From the NCBI GenBank assembly GCA_964447075.1, contig CAYUQY010000002.1:11317-75316 (forward strand): DNA of 64,000 bases, given 5' to 3'. Of this stretch, positions 27,259-35,988 are shown piece by piece (the stretch's first letter is position 1; each line of letters opens with the position of its first letter). This DNA is from an uncultured Pseudomonadales bacterium (GTDB lineage: Bacteria; Patescibacteriota; Microgenomatia; UBA1400; PJMF01). A program made the translations under genes and the position numbers. The notes below the pieces were generated by a model. It had not been told where the DNA came from. It saw nothing but the letters and a program-made list of their open reading frames with translations, and searched no databases.

Positions 27259-28254
27259 ATGCGCATTTTTAGTGTTTTGACAGTTTTGGTTTTTACCCTC
27301 CTTCTCCTGACAGAATCAGCTCAGGCGGTAGTTGCAGTTGACCCAAGCCTTGTCACTCCTCCTTCAAGTTCTCAGCCAGTCTTCTCGCAACTTCCTCAAT
27401 CCGATCTGTACAGTGACTCAGTCGAGATGGCCTTGCCCACAGCCTCACTTTTATTGATAGCCAGTGACTCTGCTTCAGCTGCACCATCAGCACAGGTAGA
27501 GCCTCAAGGCTCCACTGAGACTCGCCAGGACATCACTACTATCACTCCCAATAAAAAAGAAAAAATGGCCGAGGTCTTGGATCAAAATCCCATAAGGCTA
27601 AGTTGGAGTAACATTCTCCAGTTCTACATTAGAGGCGCAGTAGATAGAGGTTTGCCAGCCAACATTATCGTTTTACTCTTACTTTTCCCTATCATCGCCT
27701 TAGTCATCGCTTTCTCCCGTCACATCATCGGTCTCTCAGGCTTTGGAGTCTACACCCCTGCAGTACTCTCGGTTGCCTTCGTCTCGACAGGCATCATCAC
27801 GGGCATCTTACTTTTCCTTGTTGTTCTGACTGCAGCTATTCTCACTCATTCGTTTGTAAAAAAACTTAAGCTTCAAGCTTTGCCACGCACAGCGCTGCTA
27901 TTTTGGGGAGTCTCTTGTGTCATTCTCTTTGTCTTAATTCTGTCAGCTTATTTAGGTATGAGCGCTGTCATCAATGTCAGTATTTTTCCCATTCTGATTG
28001 TTATTTTATTAACTGAAAACTTCATGGAGACTCAACTTTTTAGTAGTCAGAAGGCTACAATTCGACTAACTGCTGAAACCCTCCTCACTGCTACTCTCTG
28101 CTCGCTTCTCATCAGTATGGAGTCACTCCAAGTGGCAGTTATTCTTAACCCTGAGCTCACCCTTAGTTTGGTGGCTTTAGCAAACTTCGTCATCGGCAAG
28201 TACTCTGGTTTACGACTTATCGAAAGACTTCGGTTCAAATCTATCATAGAGTAG
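27259..28254 (+). CDS. 7TM membrane protein (7TM_transglut-like) with signal peptide and Ser/Pro-rich extracellular N-terminus
   Basis: LLLLFPI.A..IAFSRHIIGLSGFGVYTP..L.VAF, IFPILI..L.E and GKYSGLRL.E..RF. Confidence 0.82.
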   Translation: MRIFSVLTVLVFTLLLLTESAQAVVAVDPSLVTPPSSSQPVFSQLPQSDLYSDSVEMALPTASLLLIASDSASAAPSAQVEPQGSTETRQDITTITPNKKEKMAEVLDQNPIRLSWSNILQFYIRGAVDRGLPANIIVLLLLFPIIALVIAFSRHIIGLSGFGVYTPAVLSVAFVSTGIITGILLFLVVLTAAILTHSFVKKLKLQALPRTALLFWGVSCVILFVLILSAYLGMSAVINVSIFPILIVILLTENFMETQLFSSQKATIRLTAETLLTATLCSLLISMESLQVAVILNPELTLSLVALANFVIGKYSGLRLIERLRFKSIIE

Positions 28255-28272
28255 TCACCTCTCCTCACCTAT

Positions 28273-29553
28273 ATGCCACGCTCCAGAGATATCCTCGGCA
28301 TGAATGCACGAAATCAACTGTACACTTCTCGTAATAGCTCAGAAGCTCGTCGCTACGGTACCTCCAAGTACGCCACCAAGCTTCTACTTCAAGAAAAAGG
28401 CATCCCAACTGCCATGGTTTACGGTATTTTTGATAGCTATGAGCAAATCACCCAGTTCAATTGGTCGCAGCTGGATGGAAACTTTGTGGTCAAGCCCTCC
28501 AACGGCAATGCAGGTAAAGGAATCTTAATTTTTCGCAAAAAACTAGATGACTCTCACTGGCGAGATACTACCGGTAAATCAACTCCTATCGACGAAATAC
28601 TCTTGCACTGTGCCGATATTTTTGCCGGCCAGTTTAGTACCTACCAAACTGAACAAAAAGTAATTATAGAAGAACGCGTACCTATTCATGGACGATTCTT
28701 TAAGTTCACTCAGCATGGCACTCCTGACATTCGTATCATTGTTTTTAATCATATTCCTGTTATGGCCATGTTACGTTTGCCAACCCAAGAATCGCAAGGT
28801 AAAGCCAATCTTCACCAAGGAGCTATTGGAGTAGGTATTGATCTTTTTTCGGGGGTGACCACACACGCTATCACTGGTGGGGGGGGAGATATTCATGTCT
28901 ATCCTGGTACAAAGAAAAAACTCAATGGTATCCAGATTCCCAACTGGACCAAGTTGCTCGAAATTGCTATCCAAGCTTCAGATGCAGCCGGACTATTTTT
29001 CAGTGGTGTGGATCTTTTTTCTCATGAGGAGAAAGGCCCCCTGGTGGTAGAGCTAAATGCCAATCCTGGCCTCTCGATCCAGCTAGCTAATCATGCAGGT
29101 TTACGCCGACGTTTAGAGAGAGTTGAAGACCTCAATGTCCTCAATCCAGCTCACGGAGCTAAGATCGGTCAATCTCTTTTTGCAGAAACTTTTTCTGATA
29201 AAATCAAGGCCGAGGAAGGACTCCAAATTGTCTCTCCTTACGAAAAACTTTTAGTCTACGACAGTCAGAAGAACAAACATGAAGTTGAAGCCTTGATAAA
29301 CACTGGCCGCTTTCGCAGTGCTATCGCTAGTAGTTTAGCCAAAGAACTAAATCTCATCGATGCAGACGACCTCCTCTGGCATCAGCAAGAAAAAGAAGAA
29401 GGAAGAGTGCCAGTAGTGGAAGTGACTTTTAGAGTGAAGGGACGCAAAATTACAGCCCCTATGGTAGTCTCCAAAACAATGAACAAGTCTAAGATACAAG
29501 TTGAGATAGGAAGATCTAATTTAGCTGGGTTTTTAGTTGGGGAGAACGCCTAG
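28273..29553 (+). CDS. Alpha-L-glutamate ligase-like ATP-grasp (ATPgrasp_ST type) fused to a RimB-like retropepsin domain
   Basis: ILGMNARN, FVVKP..G..GKGI, PDIRIIVF..PVMAMLRLPT..S.GKANLHQGAIGVGID and ELNANPGLSIQLAN; C-terminal ALINTG...IGR. Confidence 0.88.
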   Translation: MPRSRDILGMNARNQLYTSRNSSEARRYGTSKYATKLLLQEKGIPTAMVYGIFDSYEQITQFNWSQLDGNFVVKPSNGNAGKGILIFRKKLDDSHWRDTTGKSTPIDEILLHCADIFAGQFSTYQTEQKVIIEERVPIHGRFFKFTQHGTPDIRIIVFNHIPVMAMLRLPTQESQGKANLHQGAIGVGIDLFSGVTTHAITGGGGDIHVYPGTKKKLNGIQIPNWTKLLEIAIQASDAAGLFFSGVDLFSHEEKGPLVVELNANPGLSIQLANHAGLRRRLERVEDLNVLNPAHGAKIGQSLFAETFSDKIKAEEGLQIVSPYEKLLVYDSQKNKHEVEALINTGRFRSAIASSLAKELNLIDADDLLWHQQEKEEGRVPVVEVTFRVKGRKITAPMVVSKTMNKSKIQVEIGRSNLAGFLVGENA

Positions 29554-30504
29554 ATGCCAAGCAATCCATCTACCATAGACTTAACTCCCATCAACTTATT
29601 AAGTGAAAAGGACAAATGTCAGGATGATCCAAATTATAATCCACAGTTTAACTATGAGTCACCCATTGACCCAAAAGTTCTTACTTTCTGGGGTGAACCT
29701 AAACTAGAATTTATAAAAGCTGCTAAAAAGATTATTGAAAAATACTCAGCTTTAAATCATGATAAAACAAAACCAGATCCGGAGATTAACGAGGAGTATA
29801 TTCGATCTAAGGTTAACAACTTCCTTGACAAAAATGGCATCACGACTTTTTCAGTCAAGTTTAATTCAAGACAAGTAGCCAGATGCGGAGTCAGTAGTAA
29901 TACAATCTCTTTTAAAAAGAACTTGTCTTTGGATGCTTCTAATTTTGAAGGCTTATTTCGTCATGAAATTGAAACCCATGTCTTAAGACGATACAACCAC
30001 TTCACTAATTTTCCTGAACGCAAGATAAGCTCTAACTACCGTCACACAGAGGAAGGTCTGGCAGCTTACCACACATACTTAGGCCATCATCTATCTCCAC
30101 TACTTTATAGATCAGCCATAAGATACTTGGCCACTGATCTAAGTTTAAGAGAAAGTTTTGTAACAGTAAGAAAGTTTCTTGAAGAATCTGGCATACCTTC
30201 TCATAAGGCCATCCTTATTGCCATCAGGGCCAAAAGGGGGCTTACTGATTTAAGCAAGCCGGGCGCAAACACTAGGGACATTGTCTATCTCGAGGGAGCC
30301 GCCATGGTAGGACAGTGGTTGCAAGATCCACTCCACGACGTAAGACAGCTATACGTCGGCCGTCTCAACATTGATGAGGCTTCAGACATTCAATGGCAGA
30401 ATTTTCCCCAGACAATATTTCCTTCATTCATTGAAAGCCCTACATATCGTCAACGAGTTCAAGAGATCTATGAGTACAATATGCTGTCAGAAATAAATGT
30501 ATGA
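29554..30504 (+). CDS. DUF1704 / QEGLA-motif (MATCAP-like) metallocarboxypeptidase
   Basis: YNPQFNY, HEIETH (HExxxH), TEEGLA, RAKRG..D.S.PG..RD.VYLEG and LYVGR. Confidence 0.85.
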   Translation: MPSNPSTIDLTPINLLSEKDKCQDDPNYNPQFNYESPIDPKVLTFWGEPKLEFIKAAKKIIEKYSALNHDKTKPDPEINEEYIRSKVNNFLDKNGITTFSVKFNSRQVARCGVSSNTISFKKNLSLDASNFEGLFRHEIETHVLRRYNHFTNFPERKISSNYRHTEEGLAAYHTYLGHHLSPLLYRSAIRYLATDLSLRESFVTVRKFLEESGIPSHKAILIAIRAKRGLTDLSKPGANTRDIVYLEGAAMVGQWLQDPLHDVRQLYVGRLNIDEASDIQWQNFPQTIFPSFIESPTYRQRVQEIYEYNMLSEINV

Positions 30505-31475
30505 AAAATAACCTTCAAATCAAACTAAATGCGAGCTCTAGAATCATGATGGCTGAAGCAGAAGCTAGAGGGATCAAATGTACGCCATTTCCAGATCAAG
30601 AGACTATATTGATGGAACAGGGCAATCGCTCATGGTATGTTCGGGGCAGTAGAACTTCACTACAGTCATCGGTTGGCAAGACTATTGCCGACTACAAGCC
30701 TCTGACAAAAATTATTTTGAACCATTTCAATATTCCAACAGCTAAAAGTGTCTTGATAGAAAGTGAAGATAACTTCGATCAGTTAAATAATTTAAAGTTT
30801 CCTGTTGTAGTTAAACCAACAAGTGAGAGGCACGGCGTCGGAGTTTTAGTTGGACTTAAGGATGCACTAGAGGTTGCCAATCTCTTCAATAAGTCAAAGA
30901 AGCCAATGCTTGTAGAAGAGATGCTTCAAGGTAAGGAGTATCGGGTAGTCTGTATCGACTACAAGCTTGTGGCCGTAGCTTTTAGAAAATCGGCTCACGT
31001 GATCGGTGATGGAAGACACACCATTTCTGAATTAGTAATAGAAAAAAACAAGCATCCATGGCGTGGATCTGGACATACTAATAACTTAAGCTTGATTACT
31101 GTCGATGACTCAGTCACATCATTGCTAAGCGAGAGTGGCTACAGTGTTGATTCAATTCCAGAAGAAAATACCGAACTACAGCTAAGAAAAACAGCCAATC
31201 TTTCTACTGGCGGAGAAGCCTGGGATGTGAGCTCTGAAGTCTGCCCCGAAAATAAGGAACTATTTGAAAAGATAGCGAAAGTCTGCGACCTAAACACAGT
31301 AGGTATCGATGTTATGTGTAGAAGCTTAGGTAGCCCTATAATCACCCAGCCGGATGCAGGAGTTATCGAGATCAATGCCTCACCAGGACTCAGAATGCAT
31401 CATTTTCCCATCAAGGGACAAGCAGTCAATGTAGCTGCTAAGATTCTGGACATGGTACAAGAAAAACTCAAATAA
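30501..31475 (+). CDS. Stand-alone cyanophycin synthetase-like (CphA G-domain/GshAB-type) ATP-grasp ligase 1
   Basis: PVVVKP..HG.GV, AHVIGDG.HTI.EL, PWRGSGH, ANLSTGG.A.DV and IEINASPGLRMH; no Mur-ligase domain. Confidence 0.85.
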   Translation: MKNNLQIKLNASSRIMMAEAEARGIKCTPFPDQETILMEQGNRSWYVRGSRTSLQSSVGKTIADYKPLTKIILNHFNIPTAKSVLIESEDNFDQLNNLKFPVVVKPTSERHGVGVLVGLKDALEVANLFNKSKKPMLVEEMLQGKEYRVVCIDYKLVAVAFRKSAHVIGDGRHTISELVIEKNKHPWRGSGHTNNLSLITVDDSVTSLLSESGYSVDSIPEENTELQLRKTANLSTGGEAWDVSSEVCPENKELFEKIAKVCDLNTVGIDVMCRSLGSPIITQPDAGVIEINASPGLRMHHFPIKGQAVNVAAKILDMVQEKLK

Positions 31476-31497
31476 AATATTTTAAATTGTAAATATC

Positions 31498-32265
31498 ATG
31501 CCATCTACATTATCACTAGTTAGCTACCAAATTCTTCGACCTGAAAAAATTCGATGGCACTTTCATCTCATAGAAAATAACATCCTGGCTTCATTAAAAA
31601 GCAAAAGTCTGAAAAAGTTTTTAGCTAAATATGACAGTATTATCAAAGATAACAATCTTTCAGTTGAGCACAAAATATTAGATACAGAATCTTTTGAAAA
31701 GTGGCTTGAATACTATCGACGAAAAATGTTGGAAAACAACTACGACATAATAGCTTCTACAGATTGGTATGATGACAGGACAAAAAAAGGGTTATCAATC
31801 GAAGGGCTTTTCTTTTATCAAAACAGCAAGCTAGTAGGCTCAGGAATAATAACCAGAAACTCAAACGAGCAAGCCACCTTCGCATTTAAAGCAAGTGAGC
31901 GCATAGATCTAGGCAATGATGAAAATTCATCAATCGGCGCCATGATAGATTACCTATTCCTGAAATTTGCTGTCGATTCTAAAACTAAAATTATATCGGC
32001 AGGACAATCTCGAAATGCTTTTGGAGTGATCAATACTTATGGCTACCTAGATTACAAATTCAAGCTAGGCTACTTGCCTCTTCTGCCTGAGAAACCCACA
32101 TTTGCAGACTCCATCCCGCTCTCTGAAAATGGAGTAGGAGTGTTCTTTGGTCAATATGAGTCTATGCTGACTCTATATATTTTCAAGCCAAAAGGTGTCA
32201 CGTTTAAGTTAGAAGCAGCTAGGTATAGTTCTTCAGAGTTGCCAGTAGTGGAGATAGAGTACTAA
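31498..32265 (+). CDS. Hypothetical protein, possibly GNAT/FemAB-like fold
   Basis: LFFYQ..KLVGS, IGAMIDYLFLKFA, ISAG and GYLDYKFKLG resemble Fem/Acetyltransf_6 C-terminal motifs; weak. Confidence 0.5.
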   Translation: MPSTLSLVSYQILRPEKIRWHFHLIENNILASLKSKSLKKFLAKYDSIIKDNNLSVEHKILDTESFEKWLEYYRRKMLENNYDIIASTDWYDDRTKKGLSIEGLFFYQNSKLVGSGIITRNSNEQATFAFKASERIDLGNDENSSIGAMIDYLFLKFAVDSKTKIISAGQSRNAFGVINTYGYLDYKFKLGYLPLLPEKPTFADSIPLSENGVGVFFGQYESMLTLYIFKPKGVTFKLEAARYSSSELPVVEIEY

Positions 32266-32296
32266 TCTACGTCATGAATTCAAAGGCTATCAAATA

Positions 32297-33373
32297 ATGT
32301 TTAGTTCCACACCAAGTCTTACCGATTATCAGCACAAACTATTTTGTCCAGACGGTATTCGAAAAGAAAATATACCCCTCAGCACTCAATTAATAATACA
32401 AGAGGCCGAGAGCATGGGAATTACATGGAGCTCCATACCTGGCACTCGAATCATAGAATTAACTCATGGTAAGACTAAGAAGTATTTTTATTTTCAGATA
32501 CCCTCAGGCACTACCCAACTAGCTTTTTATGCCTGCCTAGACAAAGGTGTGGCTAGAGCTTTGCTAAAAAAAGCAGCAGTCAGCACTCCAAATGGGTTCA
32601 AAATAGAGCGTGGTGATAGTCAAAATTACAGAGACTTAATTTTTAACTCACTTAAGAAACCACTAGTTGTCAAACCATCCAACGGCAAGCAAGGGTGGTC
32701 GGTCATGATGAGCATAAATTCTAAATCTGAGTTTGATGCAGCAGTAGATAAAGCCATATCCTATAGCTTGGATGAGACAAATGGCGCCATAGTAGAAGAA
32801 ACATTTCAAGGCAAAGAGTATAGGGTAATTCTTACTGATGAAAAAGTTCTAGCAGTGATGCACAGAATGCCAGCGAATATAGTAGGTGATAGCAGGCACT
32901 CTGTCCAAGAGCTTATTGATATTAAGAATAGTGATCCTAGAAGAAATAAAGAACCCAACCTTTTAGCAAGAATTGAAGTAGATAGTGACGTAGCCTCATA
33001 TATAAACGAACAAGGATTCGAATTTGTTGACATTCTCCCAAAGGATAAGGTCCTGTATCTAAAACGTGTGTCTAATATCTCGCAAGGCGGAGACAACATT
33101 GACTTCACTGACAAGGTCCACCCATCTGTAAAAAAAATTGCACTTCGAGCTATTCGATCTATTCCTGGACTAAAATTTGCTGGCGTAGACATACTATCTT
33201 CAGACATAACTAGACTTCAAAATGAAAGCTCGTATGTTGTTCTAGAAATTAATAGCTCCCCAGCTATCGATATTCACGAACTGCCATTTGAGGGAAAGAA
33301 AAGAAAAATAACTAGAGAGTTTTTGCTGACTATGTTTCCTAAGCTTAAAAAATCCTTCCCAGAAACAACTTAA
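32297..33373 (+). CDS. Stand-alone cyanophycin synthetase-like ATP-grasp ligase 2
   Basis: PLVVKP..G.QG, EYRV, RMPANIVGD..HSV.ELI..KN.DPRR, SNISQGGD.ID.T and LEINSSP. Confidence 0.85.
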   Translation: MFSSTPSLTDYQHKLFCPDGIRKENIPLSTQLIIQEAESMGITWSSIPGTRIIELTHGKTKKYFYFQIPSGTTQLAFYACLDKGVARALLKKAAVSTPNGFKIERGDSQNYRDLIFNSLKKPLVVKPSNGKQGWSVMMSINSKSEFDAAVDKAISYSLDETNGAIVEETFQGKEYRVILTDEKVLAVMHRMPANIVGDSRHSVQELIDIKNSDPRRNKEPNLLARIEVDSDVASYINEQGFEFVDILPKDKVLYLKRVSNISQGGDNIDFTDKVHPSVKKIALRAIRSIPGLKFAGVDILSSDITRLQNESSYVVLEINSSPAIDIHELPFEGKKRKITREFLLTMFPKLKKSFPETT

Positions 33374-33420
33374 TAGCAAAAACTTAAGTGAAGGTGGACT
33401 GAGTAGTCTACAATATCCCC

Positions 33421-34620
33421 ATGCCCAAGCGCGTCGCCCTCGGTCTCTCCGGCGGTGTTGATTCATCCCTCTCTGCAGCCCTTCTTATCGAACAGGGCTA
33501 TGAGGTGACGGCCGTTTTTCTGGAGTGCTGGCGTGCACCGGGCTGTCGCACGGATCAAGATCGCAAGGACGCACTTCAAGTGGCTTTGCAGCTTGGTATC
33601 CCATTCAAAGTTCTAGATTTTAAACATGCCTACAAAGACAAGGTGGTAGAAAGTTTTTTCGCTGAGTATGAAGCAGGTCGCACACCCAATCCAGATGTGG
33701 CCTGCAACAAAGAAATCAAGTTCGGTCTTTTCTATGACTGGGCAATGGCTGAAAGTTATGACTATGTAGCCACAGGACACTACGCCCAGATCTTAGATAC
33801 TCGGACCAGGACTACACCCTCCGATTCAGCCACCAACCACTCCGATAACAAGCCTGCGCCTACTCTTGATCACTCAAAATTAATTACTTCCAGTTTATTT
33901 TTAGTTACTCCCACCGACGCTCACAAGGATCAGACCTACTTTCTATATCGCTTAAGACCTGACCAGCTGCCGCACATTCTTTTCCCCATAGGTCATCTGC
34001 TCAAAACTCAAGTTAGAGCTGAGGCAAAAAAACGCCAGCTCAAAACTGCAGACAAAAAAGACTCTGTAGGTATCTGCTTTATCGGTGACATCAATGTCCA
34101 TTCTTTTCTCAAAGAGAGACTAGGTGAAAACCCAGGCGATGTGATTAATCCATCTGGGCAAACTATTGGCCAACATCAAGGGTTGTGGTTCTACACCGTG
34201 GGTCAGCGCCATGGCTTCAATATTTTTCCCAAAATATCTGTGATCCAACCAGACGGCTCAACTGTAGATAAGCACAATATACCTCCTTGCTATGTGATTG
34301 GGAAAAATCCTGAGAAAAATCAACTGGTCGTAGGCTTTGGCTCTCAGGCATTAACGAATGGTTTTTCAGTAACTGACCTACACTGGATAATGCCTGAAGC
34401 AGAGTCACTTCTAACTTCTGACAGGCTAACGGTGCGCATTCGCCACACCGGATCCCTACATACCTGTCGCCTCAACTTGAGAGATAGCACAGCGCAGCTC
34501 ACTCTCAACTCACCAATTCAAGGCGTTGCAAGCGGTCAATCTGCTGTCTTTTACCTTCAAAACAGCATGTCTCAGCGCATCTGCCTAGGTGGAGGCATTA
34601 TCGACGTGGCAGTGATATAA
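33421..34620 (+). CDS. mnmA: tRNA-specific 2-thiouridylase
   Basis: SGGVDS, TPNPDVACNKEIKF, ATGHYA, KDQTYFL, DSVGICF and YTVGQR; TACAAT 6 nt before ATG. Confidence 0.97.
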   Translation: MPKRVALGLSGGVDSSLSAALLIEQGYEVTAVFLECWRAPGCRTDQDRKDALQVALQLGIPFKVLDFKHAYKDKVVESFFAEYEAGRTPNPDVACNKEIKFGLFYDWAMAESYDYVATGHYAQILDTRTRTTPSDSATNHSDNKPAPTLDHSKLITSSLFLVTPTDAHKDQTYFLYRLRPDQLPHILFPIGHLLKTQVRAEAKKRQLKTADKKDSVGICFIGDINVHSFLKERLGENPGDVINPSGQTIGQHQGLWFYTVGQRHGFNIFPKISVIQPDGSTVDKHNIPPCYVIGKNPEKNQLVVGFGSQALTNGFSVTDLHWIMPEAESLLTSDRLTVRIRHTGSLHTCRLNLRDSTAQLTLNSPIQGVASGQSAVFYLQNSMSQRICLGGGIIDVAVI

Positions 34621-34627
34621 TTAGGAT

Positions 34628-35953
34628 ATGCTTATGTTGAAGGCGACATTTTTTCTTCGCTCCTTGATACCACTCTTTGTGTTCGTGGTTTTTCTCGCGT
34701 CTGGTTCTTTTCATCAGCTAAGCGCTGCTGCTCTCACCTATGGCTCAGGCACATACACCAACCTCTGTGGCACGGGCCTTGCCGCCACTGCAGACACCTG
34801 TACAGCGGGGTGTAACACCTCAGTAGGTAGTTGCTACTCCACCAACCACTTCGTCACCAAGTTTACTTGCTCAGGCAGGGTCACAGAGTGTCGTAGCAAT
34901 GAGCAACCTTTCTCTACAAGCTACACTCTAGCCAACACAGCCTGTGGTAAGACTGTCCAGATCGATGTTTTTAACAAAAACTGCCGAGCTAATGGTGACT
35001 GGAGCTGCAATCAAAACTCTGACCTCAAAGATTACATCGTCTGGTACTCAGGTGACTGCAGTACACCAACTCCGACGCCCACCCCAACACCAAGTCCCAG
35101 CGCTTCTCCTAGTCCATCACCAATCATAGTCTGTGACCCACCTTGGGCGAATAATCCCAACTACTGCCAAAACCGCTGCGGAGTTACGACCTCTTGTAAT
35201 CAAACCAAAAACTGTGGCAGTTGTACAACCCCAACCCCAACTCCGTCACCCACACCCAGCTACTACTCTAGTTGTGACTCATTGAAGATTCTCTCTGGAG
35301 ACAACTCGCTCGTACCTGCCTCCATCACTTTCAGAACCACAGGTGCTGACAATCATGGTGCTATTCAAAATTACCGCTACTCATTCGGCGATGGCACCTC
35401 ACAAACTTCTATAACTCAAGAAGTAACTCATCAATACACAACTTCTGGCACCTTTAGTGTCAGATCAGAGATACAAGATAGTTTTGGCAACTGGAAAAGT
35501 AGTAGTAACTGCTCTAACTCGGTTATAGTCAAGCCCTCCAACATAGAGTCTCACAAGTCTGGCTGCTCAGATCTTTACTTCACCCTCTCTAACAGCGGCC
35601 GCGCTCCAAGCTCAGCACAGCTGGAAGTAAGTGCCTACGACAATAAAGGCAGTATCCAAGCCTACAAAATCGAGTTAGGCAATGGAGAGGTAAAAGAAAA
35701 TAGTAGTCGATTCTTTGACTACACCTACAACACCGCTGGCACATACACCGTCAAAGCTTTTATGAAAGATAGTCAGGGCAACTGGAAAGGCGGCAGTGAT
35801 AACTGTCAAAAATCGCTTCAGGTTCTATCAACCCAAGTCATGAAGAAACAGCCTAAAACTGGCACTCCTGCCATACTTTCGATCTCTGCTATTATCAGTG
35901 TTCTGGCAGGCGTAGGACTCCAGTACGCCAAGAAAAAGTTGGCTCACAAGTAA
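34628..35953 (+). CDS. Cys-rich exported PKD-domain protein with sortase sorting signal QPKTG
   Basis: Signal peptide, Cys-rich N-terminus, PT/PS linkers, two PKD-like repeats (YSFGDG..H.YTTSGTF; Y.Y.TAGTYTV), QPKTG + TM + KKKLAHK. Confidence 0.8.
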   Translation: MLMLKATFFLRSLIPLFVFVVFLASGSFHQLSAAALTYGSGTYTNLCGTGLAATADTCTAGCNTSVGSCYSTNHFVTKFTCSGRVTECRSNEQPFSTSYTLANTACGKTVQIDVFNKNCRANGDWSCNQNSDLKDYIVWYSGDCSTPTPTPTPTPSPSASPSPSPIIVCDPPWANNPNYCQNRCGVTTSCNQTKNCGSCTTPTPTPSPTPSYYSSCDSLKILSGDNSLVPASITFRTTGADNHGAIQNYRYSFGDGTSQTSITQEVTHQYTTSGTFSVRSEIQDSFGNWKSSSNCSNSVIVKPSNIESHKSGCSDLYFTLSNSGRAPSSAQLEVSAYDNKGSIQAYKIELGNGEVKENSSRFFDYTYNTAGTYTVKAFMKDSQGNWKGGSDNCQKSLQVLSTQVMKKQPKTGTPAILSISAIISVLAGVGLQYAKKKLAHK

Positions 35954-35988
35954 CTCATCATTTAACACCAGGTCTTTAAACTAGATCA

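Noticed and set aside
33799-33895. Insertion of about 30 aa in MnmA as an intein or intron
   Set aside because: Too short, lacks intein terminal motifs, stays in frame and lies in a variable loop after ATGHYA
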